Assembly: GCF_009914755.1 (NCBI RefSeq)
Contig: NC_060947.1
Length of the DNA stretch: 64,000 nt
Reading direction: 5' to 3' (one strand)
DNA from: the human T2T-CHM13v2.0 reference genome, Homo sapiens
The position numbers and the translations under genes were made by a program. Positions 22,501-35,800 of this stretch are shown here, piece by piece (the stretch's first letter is position 1; each line of letters starts with the position of its first letter). The notes under the pieces are model-generated. The model saw only the letters and a program-made list of their open reading frames with translations, made no database searches and was not told the DNA's origin.

Positions 22501-25500
22501 AAGAGTGTTTCATAGCTGCTCTTTCAAAAGGAAAGTTCAACTCTGGGAGTTGAATACAAACATCACAAAGTAGTTTCCGAGAATGCTTCTGTTTAGTTCT
22601 TATGTGAAGATGATCCCGTTTCCAGTGAAATCTTCAAAGAGGTCCACATATCCCATTGCAGATTCCAAAGAAAGAGGGATTCAAAACTGCTCCATCAAAA
22701 GGATTGTTCAACTCTGTGAGTTGAATGCAGTCATCGCCGAAAACTTTCTGAGAATGCTTCTGTCTAGGTTTGATGTGAAGATATAGACGTTTCAAACGAA
22801 GGCTACAAAGTGGTCAAAATATACACTTGCAGATTCTACTACAAGGGTGTTGCAAACCTGAACTATCAAAGGAAGGTTCAAATCTGTGAGTTGAATACAA
22901 ACATTGCAAAGAATGCTCTGAGTTTGCTTCCGTTCAGTTATGGGAAGTTGATCCCGTTTCCAACGATATCCTCAGAGAGGTCCAAATATCCCCTTGCAGA
23001 TTCTACAAAACGTGTGTTTGGAAACTGCTCCATCATAACGAATGTTCAGCTCTCTGAGTTAAACTCCATCGTCACAAAGAATTTTCTGAGAGTGCTACCA
23101 TCTAGTTTTTATATGAAGTTCTTTCCTTTACTACCACAGGCCTCAAAGCGGTCCAAATCTCCACTTGCAGATTCTACAAAAACAGTGTTTGCAAACTGCT
23201 CTATCAAAAGGAATGTTCAACTCTGGAAGTTGAATGCAATCATCACAGAGCAGTTTCTGAGAATGCTTCTATGTCGTTTTTAGGAGAAGATATTTCCTTT
23301 TCCAACACAGTCCTCCAAGCCCGCTAAATATCCACTTGCACATTGCAGAAAAAGTGTGTCGAAGCTGCGCTATCAAAGGGAAAGTTCAACTCTGTGAGGT
23401 GAATGCAAACATCCCAAAGAAGTTTCTGAGAATGCTTCCGTTTAGCTTTCAGGTGAAGATTATCCCGTTTCCAACGAAATCTTCAAAGAGGTCCAAATAT
23501 CCCCTTGTGGATCCCACAGAAAGAGTGTTTCGAAACTGCTGTTTCAAAAGGAATCTTCAACTCTGTGAGTTGAATGCAATCATCACAAAGAAATTTCTGA
23601 CAATGCTTCTCTCTCGTCTTTCTGTGAAGATAAAGGAAATGGCTTTCAGGCCTTTTCCACCACAGGCCTGAAAGTGCTCCAAATGTCCACTTGCAGATTC
23701 TGCCAAAAGAATATTTCAAAACTGCTCTATGAAAAGCAATGTTAAACTCTGTGGCTCGAACACAAACATCACAAAGCAGTTTCTGAGAATGCTTCAGTTT
23801 AGTTTTTCTGTGGAAATATTCCCGTTTCCAAAGAAATCTTCAAAGAGGTCTACGTATCCACTTACAAATTCTACAAAAAGACAGTTTCAAAACTGCTCAA
23901 TCAAAAGGAGGGTTCAACCGTGTGACTTGAATGCAATCATCACTCAGAAGTTTCTGAAAACGCTTCTCTTTAGTTTTTACGTGAACATATACCCGTTTCG
24001 AACGAAGGCCACCCAGTGGTCCAAATATCCACTTGCAGATTCTACAGAAAGAGTGTTTCGAACCTGAACTCTCAAAGGCAGGTTCATCTCTGCGAGTTAA
24101 ATGCACTCATCATGAAGAACTTTCTCAGAGTGTTTGGGTTTAGTTATGGGAAATTATTCCCGTTACCAACGAAATCCTCAGAGAGCTCCAAATATCCACC
24201 TGCAGATTCTACCAAAAGTGTATTTGGAAACTGCTCCATCAAAAGGCATTTTCAGCTCTGTGAGCGAAACTCCATCATCACAAAGAATATTCTCAGAATG
24301 CTTCCGTTTGCCTTTTATATGAAGTTCCTTCCTATACGACCGTAGGCCTCAAAGCAGTCCAAATCTCCATTTGTAGATTCTACGAAAAGAGTGATTCCAA
24401 TCTGCTCTATCAATAGGATTGTTCAACACCATGAGTTGAATGCCATCCTCACAAAGTCGTTTCTGAGATTGCTTCTATCTAGTTTTTATGTGAAGATATT
24501 TCCTTTTCCACCACAGGCCTCAAAGCCCTCCAAACGTCCACTTGCAGATTCTCGAAAAAGAGTGTTTCATAGCTGCTCTTTCAAAAGGAAAGTTCAACTC
24601 TGGGAGTTGAATACAAACATCACAAAGTAGTTTCCGAGGATGCTTCTGTTTAGTTTTTATGTGAAGATGATCCCGTTTCCAGTGAAATCTTCAAAGAGGT
24701 CCACATATCCCCTTGCAGATTCCAAAGAAAGAGGGTTTCAAAACTGCTCCATAAAAAAAATTGTTCAACTCTGTGAGTTGAATGTAGTCATCGCAGAAAA
24801 CTTTCTGAGAATGCTTCTGTCTAGGTTTGATGTGAAGATATAGACGTTTCAAACGAAGGCTACAAAGTGGTCAAAATATACACTTGCAGATTCTACTACA
24901 AGGGTGTTGCAAACCTGAACTATCAAAGGAAGGTTCAACTCTGTGAGTTGAATACAAACATCACAAAGAATGCTCTGAGTTTGCTTCCGTTCAGTTATGG
25001 GAAGTTGATCCCGTTTCCAACGAAATCCTCAGAGAGGTCCAAATATCCCCTTGCAGATTCTACAAAACGTGTGTTTGGAAACTGCTCCATCATAACGAAT
25101 GTTCAGCTCTCTGAGTTAAACTCCATCGTCACAAAGAATTTTCTGAGAGTGCTACCATCTAGTTTTTATATGAAGTTCTTTCCTTTACTACCACAGGCCT
25201 CAAAGCGGTCCAAATCTCCACTTGCAGATTCTACAAAAAGAGTGTTTGCAAACTGCTCTATCAAAAGGAATGTTCAACTCTGGGAGTTGAATGCAATCAT
25301 CACAGAGCAGTTTCTGAGAATGCTTCTATGTCGTTTTTAGGAGAAGATATTTCCTTTTCCAACACAGTCCTCCAAGCCCGCTAAATATCCGCTTCCACAT
25401 TGTAGAAATAGTGTGTCAAAGCTGCGCTATCAAAGGGAAAGTTCAACTCTGTGAGGTGAATGCAAACATCCCAAAGAAGTTTCTGAGAATGCTTCCGTTT

Positions 25501-26923
25501 AGCTTTTAGGTGAAGATTATCCCGTTTCCAACGAAATCTTCAAAGAGGTCCAAATATCCCCTTGCGGATCCCACAGAAAGAGTGTTTCGAAACTGCTGTT
25601 TCAAAAGGAATCTTCAACTCTGTGAGTTGAATGCAATCATCACAAAGAAGTTTCTGACAATGCTTCTCTCTCGTCTTTCTCTGAAGATAAAGGAAAAGGC
25701 TTTCAGGCCTTTTCCACCACAGGCCTGAAAGCGCTCCAAATGTCCACTTGCAGATTCTGCCAAAAGAATATTTCAAAACTGCTCTATGAAAAGCAATGTT
25801 AAACTCTGCGGCTCGAACACAAACATCACAAAGCAGTTTCTGAGAATGCTTCAGTTTAGTTTTTCTGTGGAAATATTCCCGTTTCCAAAGAAATCTTCAA
25901 AGAGGTCCACGTATCTACTTACAGATTCTACAAAAAGACAGTTTCAAAACTGCTCAATCAAAAGGAGGGTTCAACTGTGTGACTTGAATGCAATCATCAC
26001 TCAGAGGTTTCTGAGAATGCTTCTCTTTAGTTTTTACGTGAACATATACCCGTTTCGAACGAAGGTCACCCAGTGGTCCAAATATCCACTTGCAGATTCT
26101 ACAGAAAGAGTGTTTCGAACCTGAACTCTCAAAGGCAGGTTCATCTCTGCGAGTTAAATGCATTCATCATGAAGAACTTTCTCAGCGTGTTTGTGTTTAG
26201 TTATGGGAAATTATTCCCGTTCCCAACGAAATCCTCAGAGAGCTCCAAATATCCACCTGCAGATTCTACCAAAAGTGTATTTGGAAACTGCTCCATCAAA
26301 AGGCATGTTCAGCTCTGTGAGCGAAACTCCATCATCACAAAGAATATTCTGAGAATGCTTCCGTTTGCCTTTTATATGAAGTTCCTTCCTATACTACCGT
26401 AGGCCTCAAAGCAGTCCAAATCTCCATTTGCAGATTCTACAAAAAGAGTGATTCCAATCTGCTCTATCAATAGGATTGTTCATCTCCATGAGTTGAATGC
26501 CATCCTCACAAAGTCGTTTCTGAGAATGCTTCTATCTAGTTTTTATGTGAAGATATTTCCTTTTCCACCACAGGCCTCAAAGCCCTCCAAACGTCCACTT
26601 GCAGATTCTCGAAAAAGAGTGTTTCATAGCTGCTCTTTCAAAAGGAAAGTTCAACTCTGGGATTTGAACACAAACATCACAAAGTAGTTTCCGAGAATGC
26701 TTCTGTTTAGTTCTTATGTGAAGATGATCCCGTTTCCAGTGAAATCTTCAAAGAGTTCCACATATCCCCTTGCAGATTAAAAAGAAAGAGGGTTTCAAAA
26801 CTGCTCCATCAAAAGGATTGTTGAACTCTGTGAGTTGAATGCAGTCATCGCAGAAAGCTTTCTGAGAATGCTTCTGTCTAGGTTTGATGTGAAGATATAG
26901 ACGTTTCAAGCGAAGGCTACAAA

Positions 26924-28794
26924 GTGGTCAAAATATACACTTGCAGATTCTACTACAAGGGTGTTGCAAACCTCAACTATCAAAGGAAGGTTCAACTCTG
27001 TGAGTTGAATACAAACATCACAAAGAATGCTCTGAGTTTGCTTCCGTTCAGTTATGGGAAGTTGATCCCGTTTCCAACGAAATCCTCAGAGAGGTCCAAA
27101 TATCCCCTTGCAGATTCTACAAAACGTGTGTTTGGAAACTGCTCCATCATAACGAATGTTCAGCTCTCTGAGTTAAACTCCATCGTCACAAAGAATTTTC
27201 TGAGAGTGCTACCGTCTAGTTTTTATATGAAGTTCTTTCCTTTACTACCACAGGCCTCAAAGCGGTCCAAATCTCCACTTGCAGATTCTACAAAAAGAGT
27301 GTTTGCAAACTGCTCTATCAAAAGGAATGTTCAACTCTGGGAGTTGAATGCAATCATCACAGAGCAGTTTCTGAGAATGCTTCTATGTCGTTTTTAGGAG
27401 AAGATATTTCCTTTTCCAACACAGGCTTCCAAGCCCACTAAATATCCACTTGCACATTGTAGAAAAAGTGTGTCGAAGCTGCGCTATCAAAGGGAAAGTT
27501 CAACTCTGTGAGGTGAATGCAAACATCCCAAAGAAGTTTCTGAGAATGCTTCCGTTTAGCTTTCAGGTGAAGATTATCCCGTTTCCAACGAAATCTTCAA
27601 AGAGGTCCAAATATCCCCTTGCGGATCCCACAGAAAGAGTGTTTAGAAACTGCTGTTTCAAAAGGAATCTTCAACTCTGTGAGTTGAATGCAATCATCAC
27701 AAAGCAGTTTCTGAGAATGCTTCAGTTTAGTTTTTCTGTGGAAATATTCCCGTTTCCAAAGAAATCTTCAAAGAGGTCCACGTATCCACTTACAGATTCT
27801 ACAAAAAGACAGTTTCAAAACTGCTCAATCAAAAGGAGGGTTCAACTGTGTGACTTGAATGCAATCATCACTCAGAAGTTTCTGAGAATGCTTCTCTTTA
27901 GTTTTTACGTGAACATATACCCGTTTCGAACGAAGGCCACCCAGTGGTCCAAATATCCACTTGCAGATTCTACAGAAAGAGTGTTTCGAACCTGAACTCT
28001 CAAAGGCAGGTTCATCTCTGCGAGTTAAATGCATTCATCATGAAGATCTTTCTCAGCGTGTTTGTGTTTAGTTATGGGAAATTATTCCCTTTTCCAACGA
28101 AATCCTCAGAGAGCTCCAAATATCCACCTGCAGATTCTACCAAAAGTGTATTTGGAAACTGCTCCATCAAAAGGCATGTTCAGCTCTGTGAGTGAAACTC
28201 CGTCATCACTAAGAATATTCTGAGAATGCTTCCGTTTGCCTTTTATATGAAGTTCCTTCCTATACTACCGTAGGCCTCAAAGCAGTCCAAATCTCCATTT
28301 GCAGATTCTACAAAAAGAGTAATTCCAATCTGCTCTATCAATAGGATTGTTCATCTCCATGAGTTGAATGCCATCCTCACAAAGTCGTTTCTCAGAATGC
28401 TTCTATCTAGTTTTTATGTGAAGATATTTCCTTTTCCACCACAGGCCTCAAAGCCCTCCAAACGTCCACTTCCAGATTCTCGAAAAAGAGTATTTCATAG
28501 CTGCTCTTTCAAAAGGAAAGTTCAACTCTGGGAGTTGAATACAATCATCACAAAGTAGTTTCCGAGAATGCTTCTGTTTAGTTCTTATGTGAAGATGATC
28601 CCGTTTCCAGTGAAATCTTCAAAGAGGTCCACATATCCCCTTGCAGATTCCAAAGAAAGAGGGTTTCAAAACTGCTCCATCAAAAGGATTGTTCAACTCT
28701 GTGAGTTGAATGCAGTCATCGCAGAAAGCTTTCTGAGAATGCTTCTGTCTAGGTTTGATGTGAAGATATAGACGTTTCAAACGAAGGCAACAAA
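26924..28794 (-). repeat. Structural-variant HOR: 11-mer, 1871 bp (H14)
   Basis: Landmark spacing 26924 to 28795 is 1871 = 2057-186. At 27691-27730 'caatcatcacaaag' is joined directly to 'cagtttctgagaatgcttcagtttag'. Confidence 0.95.
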
Positions 28795-30850
28795 GTGGTC
28801 AAAATATACACTTGCAGATTCTACTACAAGGTTGTTGCAAACCTGAACTATCAAAGGAAGGTTCAACTCTGTGAGTTGAATACAAACATCACAAAGAATG
28901 TTCTGAGTTTGCTTCCGTTCAGTTATGGGAAGTTGATCCCGTTTCCAACGAAATCCTCAGAGAGGTCCAAATATCCCCTTGCAGATTCTACAAAACGTGT
29001 GTTTGGAAACTGCTCCATCATAACGAATGTTCAGCTCTCTGAGTTAAACTCCATCGTCACAAAGAATTTTCTGAGAGTGCTACCGTCTAGTTTTTATATG
29101 AAGTTCTTTCCTTTACTACCACAGGCCTCAAAGCGGTCCAAATCTCCACTTGCAGATTCTACAAAAAGAGTGTTTGCAAACTGCTCTATCAAAAGGAATG
29201 TTCAACTCTGGGAGTTGAATGCAATCATCACAGAGCAGTTTCTGAGAATGCTTCTATGTCGTTTTTAGGAGAAGATATGTCCTTTTCCAACACAGTCCTC
29301 CAAGACAGCTAAATATCCACTTGCACACTGTAGAAAAAGTGTGTCGAAGCTGCGCTATCAAAGGGAAAGTTCAACTCTGTGAGGTGAATGCAAACATCCC
29401 AAGAAGTTTCTGAGAATGCTTCCGTTTAGCTTTTAGGTGAAGATTATCCCGTTTCCAACGAAATCTTCAAAGAGGTCCAAATATCCCCTTGCGGATCCCA
29501 CAGAAAGAGTGTTTCGAAACTGCTGTTTCAAAAGGAATCTTCAACTCTGTGAGTTGAATGCAATCATCACAAAGAAGTTTCCGACAATGCCTCTCTCTCG
29601 TCTTTCTGTGAAGATAAAGGAAAAGGCTTTCAGGCCTTTTCCACCACAGGCCTGAAAGCGCTCCAAATGTCCACTTGCAGATTCTGCCAAAAGAATATTT
29701 CAAAACTGCTCTATGAAAAGCAATGTTAAACTCTGCGGCTCGAACACAAACATCACAAAGCAGTTTCTGAGAATGCTTCAGTTTAGTTTTTCTGTGGAAA
29801 TATTCCCGTTTCCAAAGAAATCTTCAAAGAGGTCCACGCATCCACTTACAGATTCTACAAAAAGACAGTTTCAAAACTGCTCCATCAAAAGGAGGGTTCA
29901 ACTGTGTGACTTGAATGCAATCATCACTCAGAAGTTTCTGAGAATGCTTCTCTTTAGTTTTTACGTGAACATATACCCGTTTCGAACGAAGGCCACCCAG
30001 TGGTCCAAATATCCACTTGCAGATTCTACAGAAAGAGTGTTTCGAACCTGAACTCTCAAAGGCAGGTTCATCTCTGCGAGTTAAATGCATTCATCATGAA
30101 GAACTTTCTCAGAGTGTTTGTGTTTAGTTATGGGAAATTATTCCCGTTTCCAACGAAATCCTCAGAGAACTCCAAATATCCACCTGCAGATTCTACCAAA
30201 AGTGTATTTGGAAACTGCTCCATCAAAAGGCATGTTCAGCTCTGTGAGTGAAACTCCATCATCACAAAGAATATTCTGAGAATGCTACCGTTTGCCTTTT
30301 ATATGAAGTTCCTTCCTATAAGACCGTAGGCCTCAAAGCAGTCCAAATCTCCATTTGCAGATTCTACAAAAAGAGTGATTCCAATCTGCTCTATCAATAG
30401 GATTGTTCAACTCCATGAGTTGAATGCCATCCTCACAAAGTCGTTTCTGAGAATGCTTCTATCTAGTTTTCATGTGAAGATATTTCCTTTTCCACCACAG
30501 GCCTCAAAGCCCTCCAAACGTCCACTTGCAGATTCTCGAAAAAGAGTGTTTCATAGCTGCTCTTTCAAAAGGAAAGTTCAACTCTGGGAGTTGAATACAA
30601 ACATCACAAAGTAGTTTCCGAGAATGCTTCTGTTTAGTTCTTATGTGAAGATGATCCCGTTTCCAGTGAAATCTTCAAAGAGGTCCACATATCCCCTTGC
30701 AGATTCCAAAGAAAGAGGGTTTCAAAACTGCTCCATCAAAAGGATTGTTCAACTCCGTGAGTTGAATGCAGTCATCGCAGAAAACTTTCTGAGAATGCTT
30801 CTGTCTAGGTTTGATGTGAAGATATAGACGTTTCAAACGAAGGCTACAAA

Positions 30851-32892
30851 GTGGTCAAAATATACACTTGCAGATTCTACTACAAGGGTGTTGCAAACCT
30901 CAACTATCAAAGGAAGGTTCAACTCTGTGAGTTGAATACAAACATCACAAAGAATGCTCTGAGTTTGCTTCCGTTCAGTTATGGGAAGTTGATCCCGTTT
31001 CCAACGAAATCCTCAGAGAGGTCCAAATATCCCCTTGCAGATTCTACAAAACGTGTGTTTGGAAACTGCTCCATCATAACGAATGTTCAGCTCTCTGAGT
31101 TAAACTCCATCGTCACAAAGAATTTTCTGAGAGTGCTACCGTCTAGTTTTTATATGAAGTTCTTTCCTTTACTACCACAGGCCTCAAAGCGGTCCAAATC
31201 TCCACTTGCTGATTATACAAAAAGAGTGTCTGCAAACTGCTCTATCAAAAGGAATGTTCAACTCTGGGAGTTGAATGCAATCATCACAGAGCAGTTTCTG
31301 AGAATGCTTCTATGTCGTTTTTAGGAGAAGATATTTCCTTTTCCAACACAGTCCTCCAAGCACGCTAAATATCCACTTGCACATTGTAGAAAAAGTGTGT
31401 CAAAGCTGCGCTATCAAAGGGAAAGTTCAACTCTGTGAGGTGAATGCAAACATCCCAAAGAAGTTTCTGAGAATGCTTCCGTTTAGCTTTTCCGTTTCCA
31501 ACGAAATCTTCAAAGAGGTCCAAATATCCCCTTGCGGATCCCACAGAAAGAGTGTTTCGAAACTGCTGTTTCAAAAGGAATCTTCAACTCTGTGAGTTGA
31601 ATGCAATCATCACAAAGAAGTTTCCGACAATGCTTCTCTCTCGTCTTTCTGTGAAGATAAAGGAAAAGGCTTTCAGGCCTTTTCCACCACAGGCCTGAAA
31701 GCGCTCCAAATGTCCACTTGCAGATTCTGCCAAAAGAATATTTCAAAACTGCTCTATGAGAAGCAATGTTTAACTCTGCGGCTCGAACACAAACATCACA
31801 AAGCAGTTTCTGAGAATGCTTCAGTTTAGTTTTTCTGTGGAAATATTCCCGTTTCCAAAGAAATCTTCAAAGAGGTCCACGTATCCACTTACAGATTCTA
31901 CAAAAAGACAGTTTCAAAGCTGCTCAATCAAAAGGAGGGTTCAACTGTGTGACTTGAATGCAATCATCACTCAGAAGTTTCTGAGAATGCTTCTCTTTAG
32001 TTTTTACGTGAACATATACCCGTTTCGAACGAAGGCCACCCAGTGGTCCAAATATCCACTTGCAGATTCTACAGAAAGAGTGTTTCGAACCTGAACTCTC
32101 AAAGGCAGGTTCATCTCTGCGAGTTAAATGCATTCATCATGAAGAACTTTCTCAGCGTGTTTGTGTTTAGTTATGGGAAATTATTCCCCTTTCCAACGAA
32201 ATCCTCAGAGAGCTCCAAATATCCACCTGCAGATTCTACCAAAAGTGTATTTGGAAACTGCTCCATCAAAAGGCATGTTCAGCTCTGTGAGTGAAACTCC
32301 ATCATCACAAAGAATATTCTGAGAATTCTTCCGTTTGCCTTTTATATGAAGTTCCTTCCTATACGACCGTAGGCCTCAAAGCAGTCCAAATCTCCATTTG
32401 CAGATTCTACAAAAAGAGTGATTCCAATCTGCTCTAACAATAGGATTGTTCAACTCCATGAGTTGAATGCCATCCTCACAAAGTCGTTTCTGAGAATGCT
32501 TCTATCTAGTTTTCATGTGAAGATATTTCCTTTTCCACCACAGGCCTCAAAGCCCTCCAAACGTCCACTTGCAGATTCTCGAAAAAGAGTGTTTCATAGC
32601 TGCTCTTTCAAAATGAAAGTTCAACTCTGGGAGTTGAATACAAACATCACAAAGTAGTTTCCGAGAATGCTTCTGTTTAGTTCTTATGTGAAGATGATCC
32701 CGTTTCCAGTGAAATCTTCAAAGAGGTCCACATATCCCCTTGCAGATTCCAAAGAAAGAGGGTTTCAAAACTGCTCCATCAAAAGGATTGTTCAACTCTG
32801 TGAGTTGAATGCAGTCATCGCAGAAACTTTCTGAGAATGCTTCTGTCCAGGTTTGATGTGAAGATATAGACGTTTCAAACGAAGGCTACAAA
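30851..32892 (-). repeat. Shortened HOR, 2042 bp (H16): 14-bp deletion plus 1-bp deletion
   Basis: 31481-31500 reads gtttagcttttccgtttcca instead of gtttagctttt[aggtgaagattatc]ccgtttcca. 32821-32830 reads cagaaacttt instead of cagaaaacttt. Confidence 0.93.
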
Positions 32893-35800
32893 GTGGTCAA
32901 AATATACACTTGCAGATTCTACTACAAGGGTGTTGCAAACCTGAACTATCAAAGGAAGGTTCAACTCTGTGAGTTGAATACAAACGTCACAAAGAATGCT
33001 CTGAGTTTGCTTCTGTTCAGTTATGGGAAGTTGATCCCGTTTCCAACGAAATCCTCAGAGAGGTCCAAATATCCCCTTGCAGATTCTACAAAACGTGTGT
33101 TTGGAAACTGCTCCATCATAACGAATGTTCAGCTCTCTGAGTTAAACTCCATCGTCACAAAGAATTTTCTGAGAGTGCTACCGTCTAGTTTTTATATGAA
33201 GTTCTTTCCTTTACTACCACAGACCTCAAAGCGGTCCAAATCTCCACTTGCAGATTCTACAAAAAGAGTGTTTGCAAACTGCTCTATCAAAAGGAATGTT
33301 CAACTCTGGGAGTTGAATGCAATCATCACAGAGCAGTTTCTGACAATGCTTCTATGTCGTTTTTAGGAGAAGATATTTCCTTTTCCAACACAGTCCTCCA
33401 AGCCCGCTAAATATCCACTTGCACATTGTAGAAAAAGTGTGTCGAAGCTGCGCTATCAAAGGGAAAGTTCAACTCTGTGAGGTGAATGCAAACATCCCAA
33501 AGAAGTTTCTGAGAATGCTTCCGTTTAGCTTTTAGGTGAAGATTATCCCGTTTCCAACGAAATCTTCAAAGAGGTCCAAATATCCCCTTGCGGATCGCAC
33601 AGAAAGAGTGTTTCGAAACTGCTGTTTCAAAAGGAATCTTCAACTCTGTGAGTTGAATGCAATCATCACAAAGAAGTTTCTGACAATGCTTCTCTCTCGT
33701 CTTTCTGTGAAGATAAAGGAAAAGGCTTTCAGGCCTTTTCCATCACAGGCCTGAAAGCGCTCCAAATGTCCACTTGCAGATTCTGCCAAAAGAATATTTC
33801 AAAACTGCTCTATGAAAAGCAATGTTAAACTCTGCGGCTCGAACACAAACATCACAAAGCAGTTTCTGAGAATGCTTCAGTTTAGTTTTTCTGTGGAAAT
33901 ATTCCCGTTTCCAAAGAAATCTTCAAAGAGGTCCACGCATCCACTTACAGATTCTACAAAAAGACAGTTTCAAAACTGCTCAATCAAAAGGAGGGTTCAA
34001 CTGTGTGACTTGAATGCAATCATCACTCAGAAGTTTCTGAGAATGCTTCTCTTTAGTTCTTACGTGAACATATACCCGTTTCGAACGAAGGCCACCCAGT
34101 GGTCCAAATATCCACTTGCAGATTCTACAGAAAGAGTGTTTCGAACCTGAACTCTCAAAGGCAGGTTCATCTCTGCGAGTTAAATGCATTCATCATGAAG
34201 AACTTTCTCAGCGTGTTTGTGTTTAGTTACGGGAAATTATTCCCGTTTCCAACGAAATCCTCAGAGAGCTCCAAATATCCACCTGCAGATTCTACCAAAA
34301 GTGTATTTGGAAACTGCTCCATCAAAAGGCATGTTCAGCTCTGTGAGCGAAACTGCATCATCACAAAGAATATTCTGAGAATGCTTCCGTTTGCCTTTTA
34401 TATGAAGTTCCTTCCTATACGACCGTAGGCCTCAAAGCAGTCCAAATCTCCATTTGCAGATTCTACCAAAAGAGTGATTCCAATCTGCTCTATCAATAGG
34501 ATTGTTCAACTCCATGAGTTGAATGCCATCCTCACAAAGTCGTTTCTGAGAATGCTTCTATCTAGTTTTCATATGAAGATATTTCCTTTTCCACCACAGG
34601 CCTCAAAGCCCTCCAAACGTCCACTTGCAGATTCTCGAAAAAGAGTGTTTCATAGCTGCTCTTTCAAAAGGAAAGTTCAACTCTGGGAGTTGAATACAAA
34701 CATCACAAAGTACTTTCCGAGAATGCTTCTGTTTAGTTCTTATGTGAAGATGATCCCGTTTCCAGTGAAATCTTCAAAGAGGTCCACATATCCCCTTGCA
34801 GATTCCAAAGAAAGAGGGTTTCAAAACTGCTCCATCAAAAGGATTGTTCAACTCTGTGAGTTGAATGCAGTCATCGCAGAAAACTTTCTGAGAATGCTTC
34901 TGTCTAGGTTTGATGTGAAGATATAGACGTTTCAAACGAAGGCTACAAAGTGGTCAAAATATACACTTGCAGATTCTACTACAAGGGTGTTGCAAACCTC
35001 AACTATCAAAGGAAGGTTCAACTCTGTGAGTTGAATACAAACATCACAAAGAATGCTCTGAGTTTGCTTAAGTTCAGTTATGGGAAGTTGATCCCGTTTC
35101 CAACGAAATCCTCAGAGAGGTCCAAATATCCCCTTGCAGATTCTACAAAACGTGTGTTTGGAAACTGCTCCATCATAACGAATGTTCAGCTCTCTCAGTT
35201 AAACTCCATCATCACAAAGTATTTTCTGAGAGTGCTACCGTCTAGTTTTTATATGAAGTTCTTTCCTTTACTACCACAGGCCTCAAAGCGGTCCAAATCT
35301 CCACTTGCAGATTCTACAAAAAGAGTGTTTGCAAACTGCTCTATCAAAAGGAATGTTCAACTCTGGGAGTTGAATGCAATCATCACAGAGCAGTTTCTGA
35401 GAATGCTTCTATGTCGTTTTTAGGAGAAGATATTTCCTTTTCCAACACAGTCCTCCAAGCCCGCTAAATATCCACTTGCACATTGTAGAAAAAGTGTGTC
35501 GAAGCTGCGCTATCAAAGGGAAAGTTCAACTCTGTGAGGTGAATGCAAACATCCCAAAGAAGTTTCTGAGAATGCTTCCGTTTAGCTTTCAGGTGAAGAT
35601 TATCCCGTTTCCAACGAAATCTTCAAAGAGGTCCAAATATCCCCTTGCGGATCCCACAGAAAGAGTGTTTCGAAACTGCTGTTTCAAAAGGAATCTTCAA
35701 CTCTGTGAGTTGAATGCAATCATCACAAAGAAGTTTCCGACAATGCTTCTCTCTCGTCTTTCTGTGAAGAGAAAGGAAAAGGCTTTCAGGCCTTTTCCAC

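Noticed and set aside
4985-32830. Single-base deletions in H3 (~4990), H7 (~13066), H15 (~29401) and H16 (~32826)
   Set aside because: All lie in short homopolymer runs. They are ordinary slippage or sequencing error and not informative on their own.
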